A stretch of DNA of 64,000 bases from Vicugna vicugna (Eukaryota). This document shows positions 63,151-64,000 of this stretch, piece after piece (position 1 is the first letter of the stretch; each line of letters begins with the position of its first letter). Under the pieces are notes generated by a model. It did no database searches. It saw only the letters and a program-made list of their open reading frames with translations, and was not told where the DNA came from. Position numbers and translations under genes: made by a program. Location of the stretch: the NCBI GenBank assembly GCA_013265495.1, contig MU058636.1:186001-250000 (forward strand). The letters are read 5' to 3'.

Positions 63151-64000
63151 TCGCGCATGTAGGATACTCTCAGCTTGGGATGAGTGAGTGATCCCCTGTC
63201 TGGTCTGCCTTTAGGCTTGCCTGCCTGACTCACCGACTTCTTCTCCACGCGCCTGGCTCCAGGACGCTTGAATCTGTAGGCCTGGGACCTGGCAGATCTG
63301 GTTGGAGCCCTTAGTCCTGTCTCCGCCGCCACCAGGCTGCCCGTGCGTCTCTCTTTTAATGTGTGGGTTCTGGGAGTATATTTTTGTTTAAAGGGAAAAA
63401 AAATTAACCAGATCCTAAGGAGGATAAACGACTCAGTCAATCCATATTTGTCTGTTTTAGGAAACTCCTTGCCTTGAAACCTCTCCTCCAATTATTTATA
63501 ATGTGAGCTGTACAGGAGACTCTCAGAGTAACAGAGAAAATGTCAGCTTGTGGACGCCGAGCTAATTGCCTGGCTGCTCTTCGCCCGTTTTCATTACGTC
63601 CAGGGTGAGCAGGCTTGTCACGTGACTGTCCCAGGGGTCACGGGGGTGAACGCAGGTGGCACGGGCTTAGACAAGGCCCAACGAGAGACAGCTGTGCTTT
63701 CTATTGGAATTATTTATGATCTCATGACTGGACAGAGACAGCCGCTCTGGCAACCCTGAATTGGTGGAGGGGCTGGGGGTCCGGGTGGCCCCATCTGTGT
63801 CTCCTTGGCACAGCACTGCCTTTGTGATGATTTTTCCACATTTGAGACTTTCTCACTTCTCTGTCTGAGAAGAAACGTGATCCACAAAATGTCACGTCAA
63901 CAAGAAAGTCAGGAGATGCCGTCACGCTGGAAAAGTGTATTTTGTGTATCCGAGGGTCTGGGAACCAAGGTGAACGAGTTGGCCCCTGTGTTGGTTTGTT

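Noticed and set aside
62202..63491. 135-230 aa ORFs in the intronic CpG island
   Set aside because: Low-complexity GC-driven frames on both strands with no domain; not ATP8A2 exon 2.
63646..63684. Peptide VNAGGTGLDKAQR resembling the ATP8A2 N-terminus (LNGAGLDKALK, from memory)
   Set aside because: Only a 5-residue exact match, no ATG, no continuing similarity and no matching donor; probably coincidence.

Overview
Mammalian genomic DNA, most likely a camelid (two Vic-1-type tRNA-derived SINEs and camelid/artiodactyl-type L1 3' ends). The first ~9.1 kb hold the 3' end of NUP58 (NUPL1) on the + strand: three FG-rich terminal coding exons (3865-3963, 5546-5641, 6934-7103, ending ...KKPPAGNKRGKR*) and a ~2 kb 3' UTR. 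An intronic poly(A) signal at ~3.28 kb fits the alternative 3' UTR of the short Nup45 isoform. After ~20 kb of repeat-rich intergenic DNA with an orphan CpG island (21.6-22.95 kb), a second CpG island (29.8-30.55 kb) is interrupted by a 240-nt assembly gap. By NUP58-ATP8A2 synteny this is probably the ATP8A2 promoter, with exon 1 lost in the gap. The rest of the window would then be ATP8A2 intron 1, with a third CpG island at ~61.75-63.15 kb. Apart from one ORF overlapping a NUP58 exon (5473-5661), the ORF track is noise or L1 relics. I found no new protein-coding system. The most notable patterns are: (i) old transposons locally rewritten toward G/C and CpG, suggesting GC-biased gene conversion, with one grading into a CpG island; (ii) a 62-bp palindrome-headed direct repeat 1.2 kb apart; (iii) a recent 107/119-bp tandem duplication; (iv) nested transposon insertions. 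Repeat family names come from recalled consensus sequences and need RepeatMasker/Dfam confirmation.
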